Assembly (NCBI GenBank): GCA_017439405.1
Contig: JAFSJF010000142.1
Coordinates: 191-64,190, forward strand
Length of the DNA: 64,000 nt
Direction of reading: 5' to 3'
Source of the DNA: Bacteroidales bacterium
Lineage (GTDB): Bacteria; Bacteroidota; Bacteroidia; Bacteroidales; F082
Below, piece by piece: positions 39,180 through 47,593 of the stretch (the first letter of the stretch is position 1; each line of letters begins with the position of its first letter). The position numbers and the translations under genes are program-made. The notes beneath the pieces were generated by a model. That model did not search any database. It had not been told where the DNA came from and saw nothing but the letters and a program-made list of their open reading frames with translations.

Positions 39180-40768
39180 AATAAATGAAATTTTGAATTA
39201 TATACCATTTCTATTTGTGTTTGTGAAGCCATGCCGACCAACACATTGTACAAGACACTCGCTTTGTCTTTTACAGTTTTATTATTGAAACCGAGTCCAA
39301 AAAATTTCTTCGCGTATTCTAATGCGTTTGTATCATTTTTTTTAACCCCTTCTCCCCTAAAATACATCAATGCAACCATGAACAAGCACAATGGATCATT
39401 ATTCAACATTGAAAAGATTTCAAATGCCTTGCGATAAGACTTTCTTCTTCCCAATCCTTCGTACTCCATCAATCCAAGCCAATAATACTGGCTTCCTTCT
39501 GTGAATTGAAACTCCGCTTCATCATACTCTTTATTGTTTAGGCATTGTAGACCAAATTGTAACCTCTGAGCTGGCGTAGGCTTCAATACCTCAAACATCG
39601 CGGCTCCTTTTGCAACTGCATAAAGATAATCGTATGAATCAAAAGAAGGAATTTCAAACATGGCACCCTCTATGGTCTTCTTTCGTACCAGTTTTTTCTT
39701 TATCAATGGGATAACGCTTGATCCTCCAACTAAAAATACCTTTTTGATGTCTTTCCATTCCCAGCCATAATCAGCCAACAGAACATCACAACATTGAATT
39801 GTGTCATCAATAAGAGGTTCTATCATTTCGTTATAATCATCAAGAGAAAGGTGATAATCAAATAATCCAAACTCTTGTTTGTGGTATTCCGTTATTCCAG
39901 TTGATAATTGGTGTTTAGCATCTATGGGAATTTGGGATAGTTTGTCAACATCCCTCATTGCAGCAACATAGTCTCTAATGGAAACAGTTTCATTGCGAAT
40001 CGGGCGGCCATATTCATCCATAGGCATAGACATCAACAAATCCACTACTTCCTGAAAAAAGGGTGTCATTTGAACTAAATCCTTATTAATTAACGCATCA
40101 ATGTAAATACCGCCAATATTCTTCCCACGTGGAATTGCAGAGTCTCTTTCGCCAATGACACGAAGTGTTCCATTATAAAACTGCAATAATGCTGGATCAA
40201 AAGTACCTCCACCTAAATCATAAACAAGAAACTTGTCGTTGTTATTTATGGTTGATTTCTCTTTAATGATGGAATAGGCAGCCGCTTCTGGTTCCTTAAT
40301 TATTTCGATGCCATTATAATCTATTTGGGCCAAATGTGCTGCTGACATCATGGCATTCCATCTATAATCGTTGCAAATTGTGGATGAAGGTATGGTTAGA
40401 ACAACCTTGTTAAACGAATTGACTTTTGCAGTTTGACAAGCCCTATCGTGAACATTTTTCAGAACATAAGCGACATCAGCCACCCATCTACCTGCTTCTG
40501 GGCCTGATAAAAATGGCTTGAATTTATCATGATAGTTTTCAGGGTCTTGATTGCGGCTTCTGACAGCCTTTTTTCCTGTATAATAAACATTATTGGCTTT
40601 ATCAAAAAAAACAGCGGTTGGGCAAGCATATTGACCACCGTATAATTCAAAATCGGTGTTTGCTGCCACACTATCTTCCATGTTAACCAACACTCCCCTT
40701 CCCGTGTCTGTGTCATAAACCGCAGCTTTCGTCCAGATGGTGCCGAAATCTATTCCTAAGTATTTCAT
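39161..40768 (-). CDS. Hsp70-family ATPase (nucleotide-binding domain only) fused to Sel1-type repeats
   Basis: The actin-fold phosphate motifs are MKYLGIDFGTIWTKAAV, VYDLGGGTFD and VFLVGGSSVIPLI. There is no DnaK substrate-binding domain. The C-terminus reads YWLGLMEYEGLGRRKSYRKAFEIF..ALMYFRGEGVKKNDTNALEYAKK (Sel1-like). Confidence 0.8.
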   Translation of the reverse strand: MKYLGIDFGTIWTKAAVYDTDTGRGVLVNMEDSVAANTDFELYGGQYACPTAVFFDKANNVYYTGKKAVRSRNQDPENYHDKFKPFLSGPEAGRWVADVAYVLKNVHDRACQTAKVNSFNKVVLTIPSSTICNDYRWNAMMSAAHLAQIDYNGIEIIKEPEAAAYSIIKEKSTINNNDKFLVYDLGGGTFDPALLQFYNGTLRVIGERDSAIPRGKNIGGIYIDALINKDLVQMTPFFQEVVDLLMSMPMDEYGRPIRNETVSIRDYVAAMRDVDKLSQIPIDAKHQLSTGITEYHKQEFGLFDYHLSLDDYNEMIEPLIDDTIQCCDVLLADYGWEWKDIKKVFLVGGSSVIPLIKKKLVRKKTIEGAMFEIPSFDSYDYLYAVAKGAAMFEVLKPTPAQRLQFGLQCLNNKEYDEAEFQFTEGSQYYWLGLMEYEGLGRRKSYRKAFEIFSMLNNDPLCLFMVALMYFRGEGVKKNDTNALEYAKKFFGLGFNNKTVKDKASVLYNVLVGMASQTQIEMVYNSKFHLLWNIQR

Positions 40769-41472
40769 TTCGTATTTTCCTTATACTGATATATGACAAC
40801 TTCCTGCTCTTTCAGGCATTGGTCTCCTTTTCTAAAGCCTTTGCCCAATGACTCAGCAACGATGTTGTTTTTTGAGAGGTCGTCGGTTTCTTGGATTGTA
40901 ATGATTTTCTGGAACTGGTTGTCAAAAGGCATACCAACACCAGAGACAGGCGTTATTTCAACTATTGACAATAAGTGTTCTATCTGTTGTTCCATGTTTT
41001 GCAGAATGATGTCTGACGTCTGACGTTTATAGCCTGCCGTCTCAAGATAAACAGCAGAAGATATCGCACTTTCAGTCATGGCAGAAATGTTTTTGCCCTG
41101 TTTTTGAATCTCGATTTTGTAGTTGGCTATTGTTTCATTAGCAGTTTGAATCAATTCGTCTTTTCCACAACAATCTTGTTGTAGTGATGTTATAGATTCA
41201 TTAGCTTGGTTCAATTCATTTTCAAGTTGTTCTATTTTCTCTTTGGCTACATCCAATTCTGCTGAACTGGTTGATTGAGGTCGTGGCCGATTGTCTGTTT
41301 GTTCGTTTATATGGTCTTTCCAATAATCAAATAAACCATCAATCAAATCATCAAGACTATCACATCGTTTGCCAACTACATAGGCCTCCAATTTATTCCA
41401 CTTTTCAATCGTTTGTCTGTTTTTCGATGTGGCAATAGTCAGTTTGCCAAGTTCTATCTTTTTCATGATCAC
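40765..41472 (-). CDS. GrpE-like nucleotide-exchange-factor homologue (coiled coil plus beta domain)
   Basis: It has a long coiled coil. The C-terminus is ..VSGVGMPFDNQFQKIITIQET..IVAESLGKGFRKGDQCLKEQEVVIY, which follows the GrpE G..FDP..H.A....V..V...GY......R.A.V.V pattern. 4-nt overlaps on both sides. Confidence 0.6.
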   Translation of the reverse strand: MIMKKIELGKLTIATSKNRQTIEKWNKLEAYVVGKRCDSLDDLIDGLFDYWKDHINEQTDNRPRPQSTSSAELDVAKEKIEQLENELNQANESITSLQQDCCGKDELIQTANETIANYKIEIQKQGKNISAMTESAISSAVYLETAGYKRQTSDIILQNMEQQIEHLLSIVEITPVSGVGMPFDNQFQKIITIQETDDLSKNNIVAESLGKGFRKGDQCLKEQEVVIYQYKENTK

Positions 41473-42965
41473 AAGTTGTTAGAATATGATTGTATTATTC
41501 TTGCTATTTGCAGCGAAACTTCGTTAGCTCGCGTATTTCCAATAAAGCCGAATTTTACAGCGCGTTTTTGCCAAGTTTTGCACAATGAGTCGTATGCGCT
41601 TTGTATTTCGGTTTTAGTTGTGTCCTTTGAAACATTCAGCCTTTCAAAATCTTCGCTACCGTATTCACCAAGTACACATTTCACCTCTTCCCACTCGTCT
41701 TCAGTAAAATAATCCTCCCCATTATAATAATCATTCAATATGTAATACTCAGCATAATGCTGATGCAATTCAAAATCCAATTGATTGATTCTTTGAGTAA
41801 TTCCTTGAATAACTATTCTTACATCATGCCCAATTTCTTTTTGTTGTATAGTTCTAGCACAAACTTTCCTCAACCGAGATAAAACCCTATTGCATTTGTG
41901 AAAATCTGCTCTACCGCCAAAATGGTCTATGACAATTGATTTCAATAACTCGACTCTTGAAAAATCATACAAATACGATTTGTAGGCTTCGGCGGTTGCG
42001 ATAGGGTTTTGTTCGAAATACTCAATTGAGAGACGAACACCGTCTATTGATAGCAATGTGCATAAATGAGAACGAATCTCCTTTGTTTGCCAATCAAACT
42101 TGTCAACAAAAGTATTATAATCTGCCGTAAAGGTTGCAATATTGTTTATTTTCGGAAGTTCCCGAAGCAATTCTATATCGTAGTCATTCAACATGAATGA
42201 TGCTTGGGCGGGTAATGCAGCAATGGGATAAATGTTTAGGAAATAGTACCTAATGTCTGCGTACCTTTCCTTATTGCTTCGGATCTTTTCTTCCGCTTCT
42301 TCAAACTTTTGAACCATCATGTCGGCACGAGTTAAGGCGGCAATAGAATTCAAACCTGAAATCAAACCTGTTGATTCGTGGAAGTCGGCTACCGCAGTAA
42401 TATCTTTGCTTTTAAACTCAGGATATACCAAATAAATAATGGCATCAGGGCGGTTCTCTTCTTTGGTCAATAAATCTCGAGTATGCTGGGAATCAGTACC
42501 CATTAAAGAATCCAACCCAGGAGTATCTATCAAATCAAACACTTCCAATAACGGATGGTTTAAATACACATCAACCCAATGCACACTATCCAGCAATTCC
42601 TTATGAGTACTACTATATCCAACAAATTCAGACAGTTTTTCGATTGAGTATTCCGATTTCACCCCATCTAACATACGAACAACTATTTTTTCTTTCCCGT
42701 CATCAGAGTGTTTTACATGATGAAACCAATTGACATTATATGTCATTACTTCAACAGCAGTAGGTACAATATACCTCCCAAGGAATGCATTTAACAGAGT
42801 GGATTTGCCCGTTTTGATTACGCCAGTAATAGCAACACGAAGTGGACCTTGTAAATCAACAAGTGCCATTTTACATGAATCATACACCGCAGACAATTTG
42901 GGGTTGTTTTGCACTTCGATTTGTAACGATTCAATAAAAGCTTTTATACCTGCTTTTTCATTCAT
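41469..42965 (-). CDS. Bacterial dynamin-like GTPase (soluble partner)
   Basis: G1 is GVIKTGKSTLLNAFLG, G3 is LIDTPGLDS and G4 is LTRADM. A helical stalk follows. No TM paddle is evident. Confidence 0.8.
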   Translation of the reverse strand: MNEKAGIKAFIESLQIEVQNNPKLSAVYDSCKMALVDLQGPLRVAITGVIKTGKSTLLNAFLGRYIVPTAVEVMTYNVNWFHHVKHSDDGKEKIVVRMLDGVKSEYSIEKLSEFVGYSSTHKELLDSVHWVDVYLNHPLLEVFDLIDTPGLDSLMGTDSQHTRDLLTKEENRPDAIIYLVYPEFKSKDITAVADFHESTGLISGLNSIAALTRADMMVQKFEEAEEKIRSNKERYADIRYYFLNIYPIAALPAQASFMLNDYDIELLRELPKINNIATFTADYNTFVDKFDWQTKEIRSHLCTLLSIDGVRLSIEYFEQNPIATAEAYKSYLYDFSRVELLKSIVIDHFGGRADFHKCNRVLSRLRKVCARTIQQKEIGHDVRIVIQGITQRINQLDFELHQHYAEYYILNDYYNGEDYFTEDEWEEVKCVLGEYGSEDFERLNVSKDTTKTEIQSAYDSLCKTWQKRAVKFGFIGNTRANEVSLQIARIIQSYSNNL

Positions 42966-44824
42966 TTTGTCAAATCTTTATGAAGTGTAGCCGCTTGTGC
43001 CAAATACTTGTCACATTCTCGTTTCTTATCACTTATCTGTTTACGCTGCTGACTATCGCTATCAAGACCTCTCAAGACGTTGGCACAAGTCGCACTTTCA
43101 TTATCCAACTCCTTGCTAAAGGTAATCATTAATTGTGTTTCTCCATCAGTAATAATTTCAGCAACTTTTGTTGATATGTTGCTTTGTGAGGTACTTAACT
43201 GAGGAGTAATTGCCTCCATGATTTTTCGTCTTTTCTCTGCTTTTACTCGTTCAGCCCCTTTAATAAAAGCTCTTACACCGCCAATTAATGTTCCAACAGC
43301 ACCTGCAATTGCAGCGCCGATTTCAGCCCCAGCTAAAGTTCCAACACCAGGAAAGAATACCGTACCAACAACAGCTCCAACCACACCGCCGACTACACTT
43401 CCTCCTAATGTACCATACATAAATACATTGCTTAAAAATGCATTTCTGTATATTGAGACCTTATCGATTTTAATATCATCGCTTACTGTATATTTCTCGG
43501 CATCACCTCCTATATTGTCAAGTTGTTCTTGAATAATTGAAAGGCCTGTTTCCTTTTTCAACCATGAATATGTATGGGCAAATTCATCAGAAAGATAATC
43601 TTGTAATTTGTTGGTTTTGTTAATTACAGCACCAGAAACAACACCTCCTAATTGCTCGGGATTATTGATGAATTCATCCATTTGCAGCTTTTCTTCAATG
43701 GAAGATTTCACATCTACAAAATCTGCTTTAATTCGATTATTAGCTCTAGCATTTAACTTTTTAATCTCCCCATTCAGCTTGGTTTTCCAAGCTCCTGATT
43801 CTTTCTTTATTTCGTTTAGGCGTGCTGCAGCATCCTCCAACTGTTTCTTCTTTGCAGCAGCTTTTTCAGGGCTTGAAAATGATTGGAGTAAAGTGTTCAA
43901 GATGTTACCGTAATCACGAAGCGCATTCAACAGACATTCTACTTGTCTCTTTGCCATTATCACTTCAATGTTATTCTCTATTGTCTCCAACAAAGGGAAA
44001 AACTTGTCAAATCCAGTAGTAGAATAGTCAGTAACGACACCTGCTTTGTGTTTTTTTAGATTTTCATTCGACACCATACAGAATTGCAATTCTCCTTCTT
44101 TCCAATCTTTTACTTCAGAAAGATGTTCTTTGTTTTTTGTAAGAACAACAGATGGATTTCCTTGATCCATGTGAGTCAAGACATGTATGACACTCTGACA
44201 CTTTGAACACTCCAACAACTGTTTGACGTAAGATATTTCAGATTCTGTCAGTTCACTTTCCCCGCTACCAACCAAAAAAATAACATCGGCTAATGGAGCC
44301 ATTGAAAAAGTTGTGGCAGCATGGAGCGGATTAAGAGAGCCAAGACCAGGAGTATCGATAAGTACCAACCCGCCTTTCAAATGTTCATTTGGCAACTCAA
44401 CAACTATCAGGCGGACATTTTTTTTGTTGTTTTTGTTTTTTTTCTCAGATACATAGTTATCAATACTAGTTCTATCAATAATATCTGGTCGGGGTTCTGC
44501 CGATTCACCATCTTTGGCGGCATAATACACTGTAATTCTTTCTTCTGTTCCATAACGCACGATGGTATTTGTGTTGGTACAGACTCCTCCATCCACCGTG
44601 CAAATGTTTTCACCAAGAATACTATTAATTAAAGAAGACTTCCCCGTTTTCACTTCTCCAGAAAAAAGAGCATAATACTCCTTTTTGTTGTATATTGAGG
44701 TCATCTTCTCCAATACATCCAAAATCCCAGTTCCCTTTGCCAAAGCATCATTGGCTTCCATTTGCCTTGAGAACTCTATAACTTTAGTGGTGAGTTCGTT
44801 AACTCGTTTACGGATGTTTTCCAT
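42962..44824 (-). CDS. Bacterial dynamin-like GTPase with Gly-rich membrane paddle
   Basis: G1 is GEVKTGKSSLINSILG, G3 is LIDTPGLGS and G4 is LTHMD. The hydrophobic hairpin is GTLGGSVVGGVVGAVVGTVFFPGVGTLAGAEIGAAIAGAVGTLIGGV. Confidence 0.82.
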   Translation of the reverse strand: MENIRKRVNELTTKVIEFSRQMEANDALAKGTGILDVLEKMTSIYNKKEYYALFSGEVKTGKSSLINSILGENICTVDGGVCTNTNTIVRYGTEERITVYYAAKDGESAEPRPDIIDRTSIDNYVSEKKNKNNKKNVRLIVVELPNEHLKGGLVLIDTPGLGSLNPLHAATTFSMAPLADVIFLVGSGESELTESEISYVKQLLECSKCQSVIHVLTHMDQGNPSVVLTKNKEHLSEVKDWKEGELQFCMVSNENLKKHKAGVVTDYSTTGFDKFFPLLETIENNIEVIMAKRQVECLLNALRDYGNILNTLLQSFSSPEKAAAKKKQLEDAAARLNEIKKESGAWKTKLNGEIKKLNARANNRIKADFVDVKSSIEEKLQMDEFINNPEQLGGVVSGAVINKTNKLQDYLSDEFAHTYSWLKKETGLSIIQEQLDNIGGDAEKYTVSDDIKIDKVSIYRNAFLSNVFMYGTLGGSVVGGVVGAVVGTVFFPGVGTLAGAEIGAAIAGAVGTLIGGVRAFIKGAERVKAEKRRKIMEAITPQLSTSQSNISTKVAEIITDGETQLMITFSKELDNESATCANVLRGLDSDSQQRKQISDKKRECDKYLAQAATLHKDLTK

Positions 44825-44835
44825 GATTTGTAGAT

Positions 44836-46140
44836 TTAGAATATGTCAAAACTATTGTCTTCTATTGTGAAACTATCATCATTGTCATCTTCAAAGTCAG
44901 GATCATCTTCTTCAAAACTCATTTCTTCGTGGGAATCCAACGAATCATCTTCATCAAAAAACGAATCCTCAAAATCATCTTCTCCATCGAAGTTGTATTC
45001 CCGGTCATCCAATAATTCATTGGCAATGCTATCATTTTCCATATCCATCCAATTATTCAATATCTCATTCACATCAAAAGTCAAATGTTCATAATCGTGG
45101 ATATTGTTCGCTGCAAGAAATGAATCCAAAGAAACTCCTTGTATTGTTCCAAGAGCAATATGCTGCATGTTAAAGTCTGGAGTGGGTATGTCTGTTGATA
45201 CCATAAAACATTGAGAGTCTTTCCATGCATCAATGAATTGTTCGAGTGGGTAGGGCTTAGCGACATCACCTGTGCCAGGGTCTTTCAATACAACATAAGA
45301 ATGATTTGGATCTGACAAGTCGATGCCGGCAACAATTAGAGCGTGGTCAGGAGTACCTCCCAAGAAAAAATCCCTTAAAGTTTCTCTTATTGGTCCATGA
45401 TGTAGTTCTCCTGAATCAACCCCAACGATGATTTGATGGCCTTGCGCAAGCTCGGCAACTAAATTACCCACATTAGCTCCTACTACTGATGTTGTGGGAA
45501 TATTGTAGTACTCTAATAGATTTCCGATACAATTCATTGGCGTACCCATACCACCATCTACATGATACCATCCATTGTTTTCAGCAATTTCCATAAGCAT
45601 TTCTTGGGGAACATCTATGCCAAAACGTTCCAAAACAAGTTGTTGCGATTTGACTGCGCAAGTGTCTTGATACCATTGATAAACTTCTCCCGATACATCA
45701 ATTAACGGGTCTTCCCCAAAGTGAGCATTTGCATAATAGATTTCTCTTTCCATATTTATTAGTTTTTTTTCATTGTTTCTTTCATTTTCTATAGACCCTG
45801 TTTCCTCCTCAAAACTATCACTTTCAAGAGAAAAAATTTCATCAATGAAGCCGCTTTGCTCAATAGGCGAATACAAATCGAGTGTGGGAAGTTCAATAGA
45901 CGGCAATTCCATCTCAAAAGGAACAGGCTCATTATCAATCAAATCCAAATCAAAATCGGCCTCAATATTGCTGTCAGTCTCCAAAACCGCCTGCATCTCA
46001 GAATCATTGTCGATGAAAGCCTTCATCTGCCGTATTTCCTCATCCGGCAAGTTGCAGTCGAGATACGCGGCATATTTCTCTATGCTGATATGTGGCAAGT
46101 GCTTAACCATAACATTCCTCCTTTCTGAGCGTCTTTTCAA
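44836..46140 (-). CDS. Acidic-tailed protein with central papain-fold (C39-like) cysteine-peptidase-type domain, in anti-sigma position
   Basis: The motif order is Cys (YQDTCAVKSQQLVLERFG), then His (TPDHALIVAGID), then VVLKDPGTG. There is no TM segment. The C-terminal ~60 aa are almost entirely D/E/F/S. The alternative start MVKHLPH at 46110 overlaps the sigma stop as ATGGTTAA. Confidence 0.5.
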   Translation of the reverse strand: MKRRSERRNVMVKHLPHISIEKYAAYLDCNLPDEEIRQMKAFIDNDSEMQAVLETDSNIEADFDLDLIDNEPVPFEMELPSIELPTLDLYSPIEQSGFIDEIFSLESDSFEEETGSIENERNNEKKLINMEREIYYANAHFGEDPLIDVSGEVYQWYQDTCAVKSQQLVLERFGIDVPQEMLMEIAENNGWYHVDGGMGTPMNCIGNLLEYYNIPTTSVVGANVGNLVAELAQGHQIIVGVDSGELHHGPIRETLRDFFLGGTPDHALIVAGIDLSDPNHSYVVLKDPGTGDVAKPYPLEQFIDAWKDSQCFMVSTDIPTPDFNMQHIALGTIQGVSLDSFLAANNIHDYEHLTFDVNEILNNWMDMENDSIANELLDDREYNFDGEDDFEDSFFDEDDSLDSHEEMSFEEDDPDFEDDNDDSFTIEDNSFDIF

Positions 46141-46723
46141 ACATCTCCTTCGCCAATCTATGTTTGTTATAATAATTGTCCATAGTCATGCCAAGCGCCT
46201 CAGCCGTTTCCCTGTCAGTCCTCAATTCAACATGACGCAGACGGATGATTTGGCTATAGCGTTTGTTTTTCATCAGACCAAGAATCACCTCCACATCCTC
46301 GCGTTGGAACATACTGAGATCTTCTTCTATAGACGGCTCTTCGGGCCAAATTCTATCACTTGGCTTGCCTTTTTCTGGGTTTTTCGGTGAAATCGTTTCA
46401 GTTTCAGGCTTTTTGCTTTTCACCTCAAACTGGCTGTAACAGTAGAACTTGCAGACCACCTTCAGCCATTGCGTCAGGGTGCTTTCGCCATGGTAACCCA
46501 TCAGGCGGCACCGTCCCGTCCTTCGGCTTGGGGTCATGATGAGCACATAGATTTCATTGATGAACTCAATGCAGCTCTCGCAATCGGTATAGTAGCCGTC
46601 AAAATATCGCTTGAAAAGCGGATAGCAATGCTGGTACAGGTATCGCTTCGTGGTGGCTTCATCCCTACGTAAGATGGCCTGGGCTATTTTCAAGTCCTCG
46701 GTAAAGATTCGTATGTCGGGCAT
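46103..46723 (-). CDS. Sigma-70 family (ECF-like) RNA polymerase sigma factor
   Basis: The region 2-like part is ..YLYQHCYPLFKRYF..FINEIYVLIM..STLTQWLKVVCKFY. The region 4-like HTH is ..RYSQIIRLRHVELRTDRETAEALGMTMDNYYNKHRLAKEMFEKTL. Confidence 0.65.
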   Translation of the reverse strand: MPDIRIFTEDLKIAQAILRRDEATTKRYLYQHCYPLFKRYFDGYYTDCESCIEFINEIYVLIMTPSRRTGRCRLMGYHGESTLTQWLKVVCKFYCYSQFEVKSKKPETETISPKNPEKGKPSDRIWPEEPSIEEDLSMFQREDVEVILGLMKNKRYSQIIRLRHVELRTDRETAEALGMTMDNYYNKHRLAKEMFEKTLRKEECYG

Positions 46724-47098
46724 AGGTCAAGGTCGCGCTTCTCGCGGTTCGTTTTTTTGCCGTCAGAGGCTCCCATGGCCAGCCGATTGTATTGAAGTCT
46801 AAGAGCATAAAGAAAAGCGTGGGAGCAAGAACTCTTGCCTATCCCGGTTGCTCGGGCTCTCGCATTGCCCACCTATCGAGGATAAGCAATGCTCGCAGCC
46901 CACGCTGGATCATATATACACAGATTGTTGGTATTATACAAACACAACACCAACATCGGATATACGAATCCCATGAACGCGAATCATTGCTTTACCGTGC
47001 GATAGGTTAGGAATTTGCGAGATTCAAGCAACCCGCAGATAAAACGCCAATTCGACGCTATTCTTATATGTCTGTCACCATCTTATTAAAGAGGTATG
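46724..47098 (-). promoter_or_regulatory. ~375-nt GC-rich untranslated leader of the sigma operon (candidate structured cis-regulatory RNA)
   Basis: No credible ORF is present. Nested helices are visible: GCGUGGG...CCCACGC followed by UUUUCUUU, enclosing GGCUGCGAGCAUUGC/GCAAUGCGAGAGCC and GCAAGAGUUCUUGC. Further hairpins are GUUGGU..ACCAAC and CGCGAGAAGCGCG. Confidence 0.45.
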
Positions 47099-47104
47099 AC
47101 GGTG

Positions 47105-47112
47105 CAAATTTA
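47105..47112 (-). promoter_or_regulatory. -7 box TAaaTTTG, likely promoter of the sigma/dynamin/Hsp70 operon
   Basis: The reverse complement of caaattta is TAAATTTG. It lies between the upstream cassette terminator and the leader. Confidence 0.5.
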
Positions 47113-47169
47113 CATTATTAATCCATCGGTACATTATTCTCTTTGAAAAAAAACACTTCATCGGATCCA

Positions 47170-47207
47170 CAAAAAAGCCTTGACACAAAAATGATTGTAT
47201 CAAGGCT
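47170..47207 (-). terminator. Intrinsic terminator of the SIR2 cassette
   Basis: The minus-strand RNA has AGCCUUGAUAC-loop-GUGUCAAGGCU (11 bp including one G-U pair) followed by UUUUUGU. It lies 34 nt after the 110-aa gene stop. Confidence 0.7.
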
Positions 47208-47240
47208 TCCATAGTGCAACCAAAGAGTTTTGATTGTTGA

Positions 47241-47573
47241 TTACTTTCCTGTCGGATTAGGCTCTTTTATCCAAACACTAACGCGATACTTTTGCTCTTT
47301 CTCCATTTGTTTTTCCGATGCCACCCAGCGGCACTCAAGAAGGTCTTCATTATACGAAAGTATTGCAAAGATAAATTTTTGCTCCAATTCATTCAATTTT
47401 AGGCTTCCAAACACATCGTCATCCTTATAGACATAGGCTTTTTTGTTATTTTCAACATAACAAATTCTTAGCTTATCATCACGTTTAATCTCTGTGCAAA
47501 AACATGGATAATCATCCACGTAAAAAACTCCTAAATGCCTGTTGATTTTTTTAATGATATCTTCTTTGTTCAT
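47241..47573 (-). CDS. Hypothetical 110-aa protein, third gene of the SIR2 cassette
   Basis: The ORF lies 20 nt downstream of the ATPase gene. I see no recognisable motif. Confidence 0.5.
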   Translation of the reverse strand: MNKEDIIKKINRHLGVFYVDDYPCFCTEIKRDDKLRICYVENNKKAYVYKDDDVFGSLKLNELEQKFIFAILSYNEDLLECRWVASEKQMEKEQKYRVSVWIKEPNPTGK

Positions 47574-47593
47574 ATTTAAATTATTTGGAATAG

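Noticed and set aside
46690-46872. 60-aa minus ORF and 72-aa + ORF (46792..47010) inside the sigma leader
   Set aside because: They have no motifs and overlap the sigma start or the predicted helices. The region is better explained as structured RNA, although a small leader peptide cannot be excluded.
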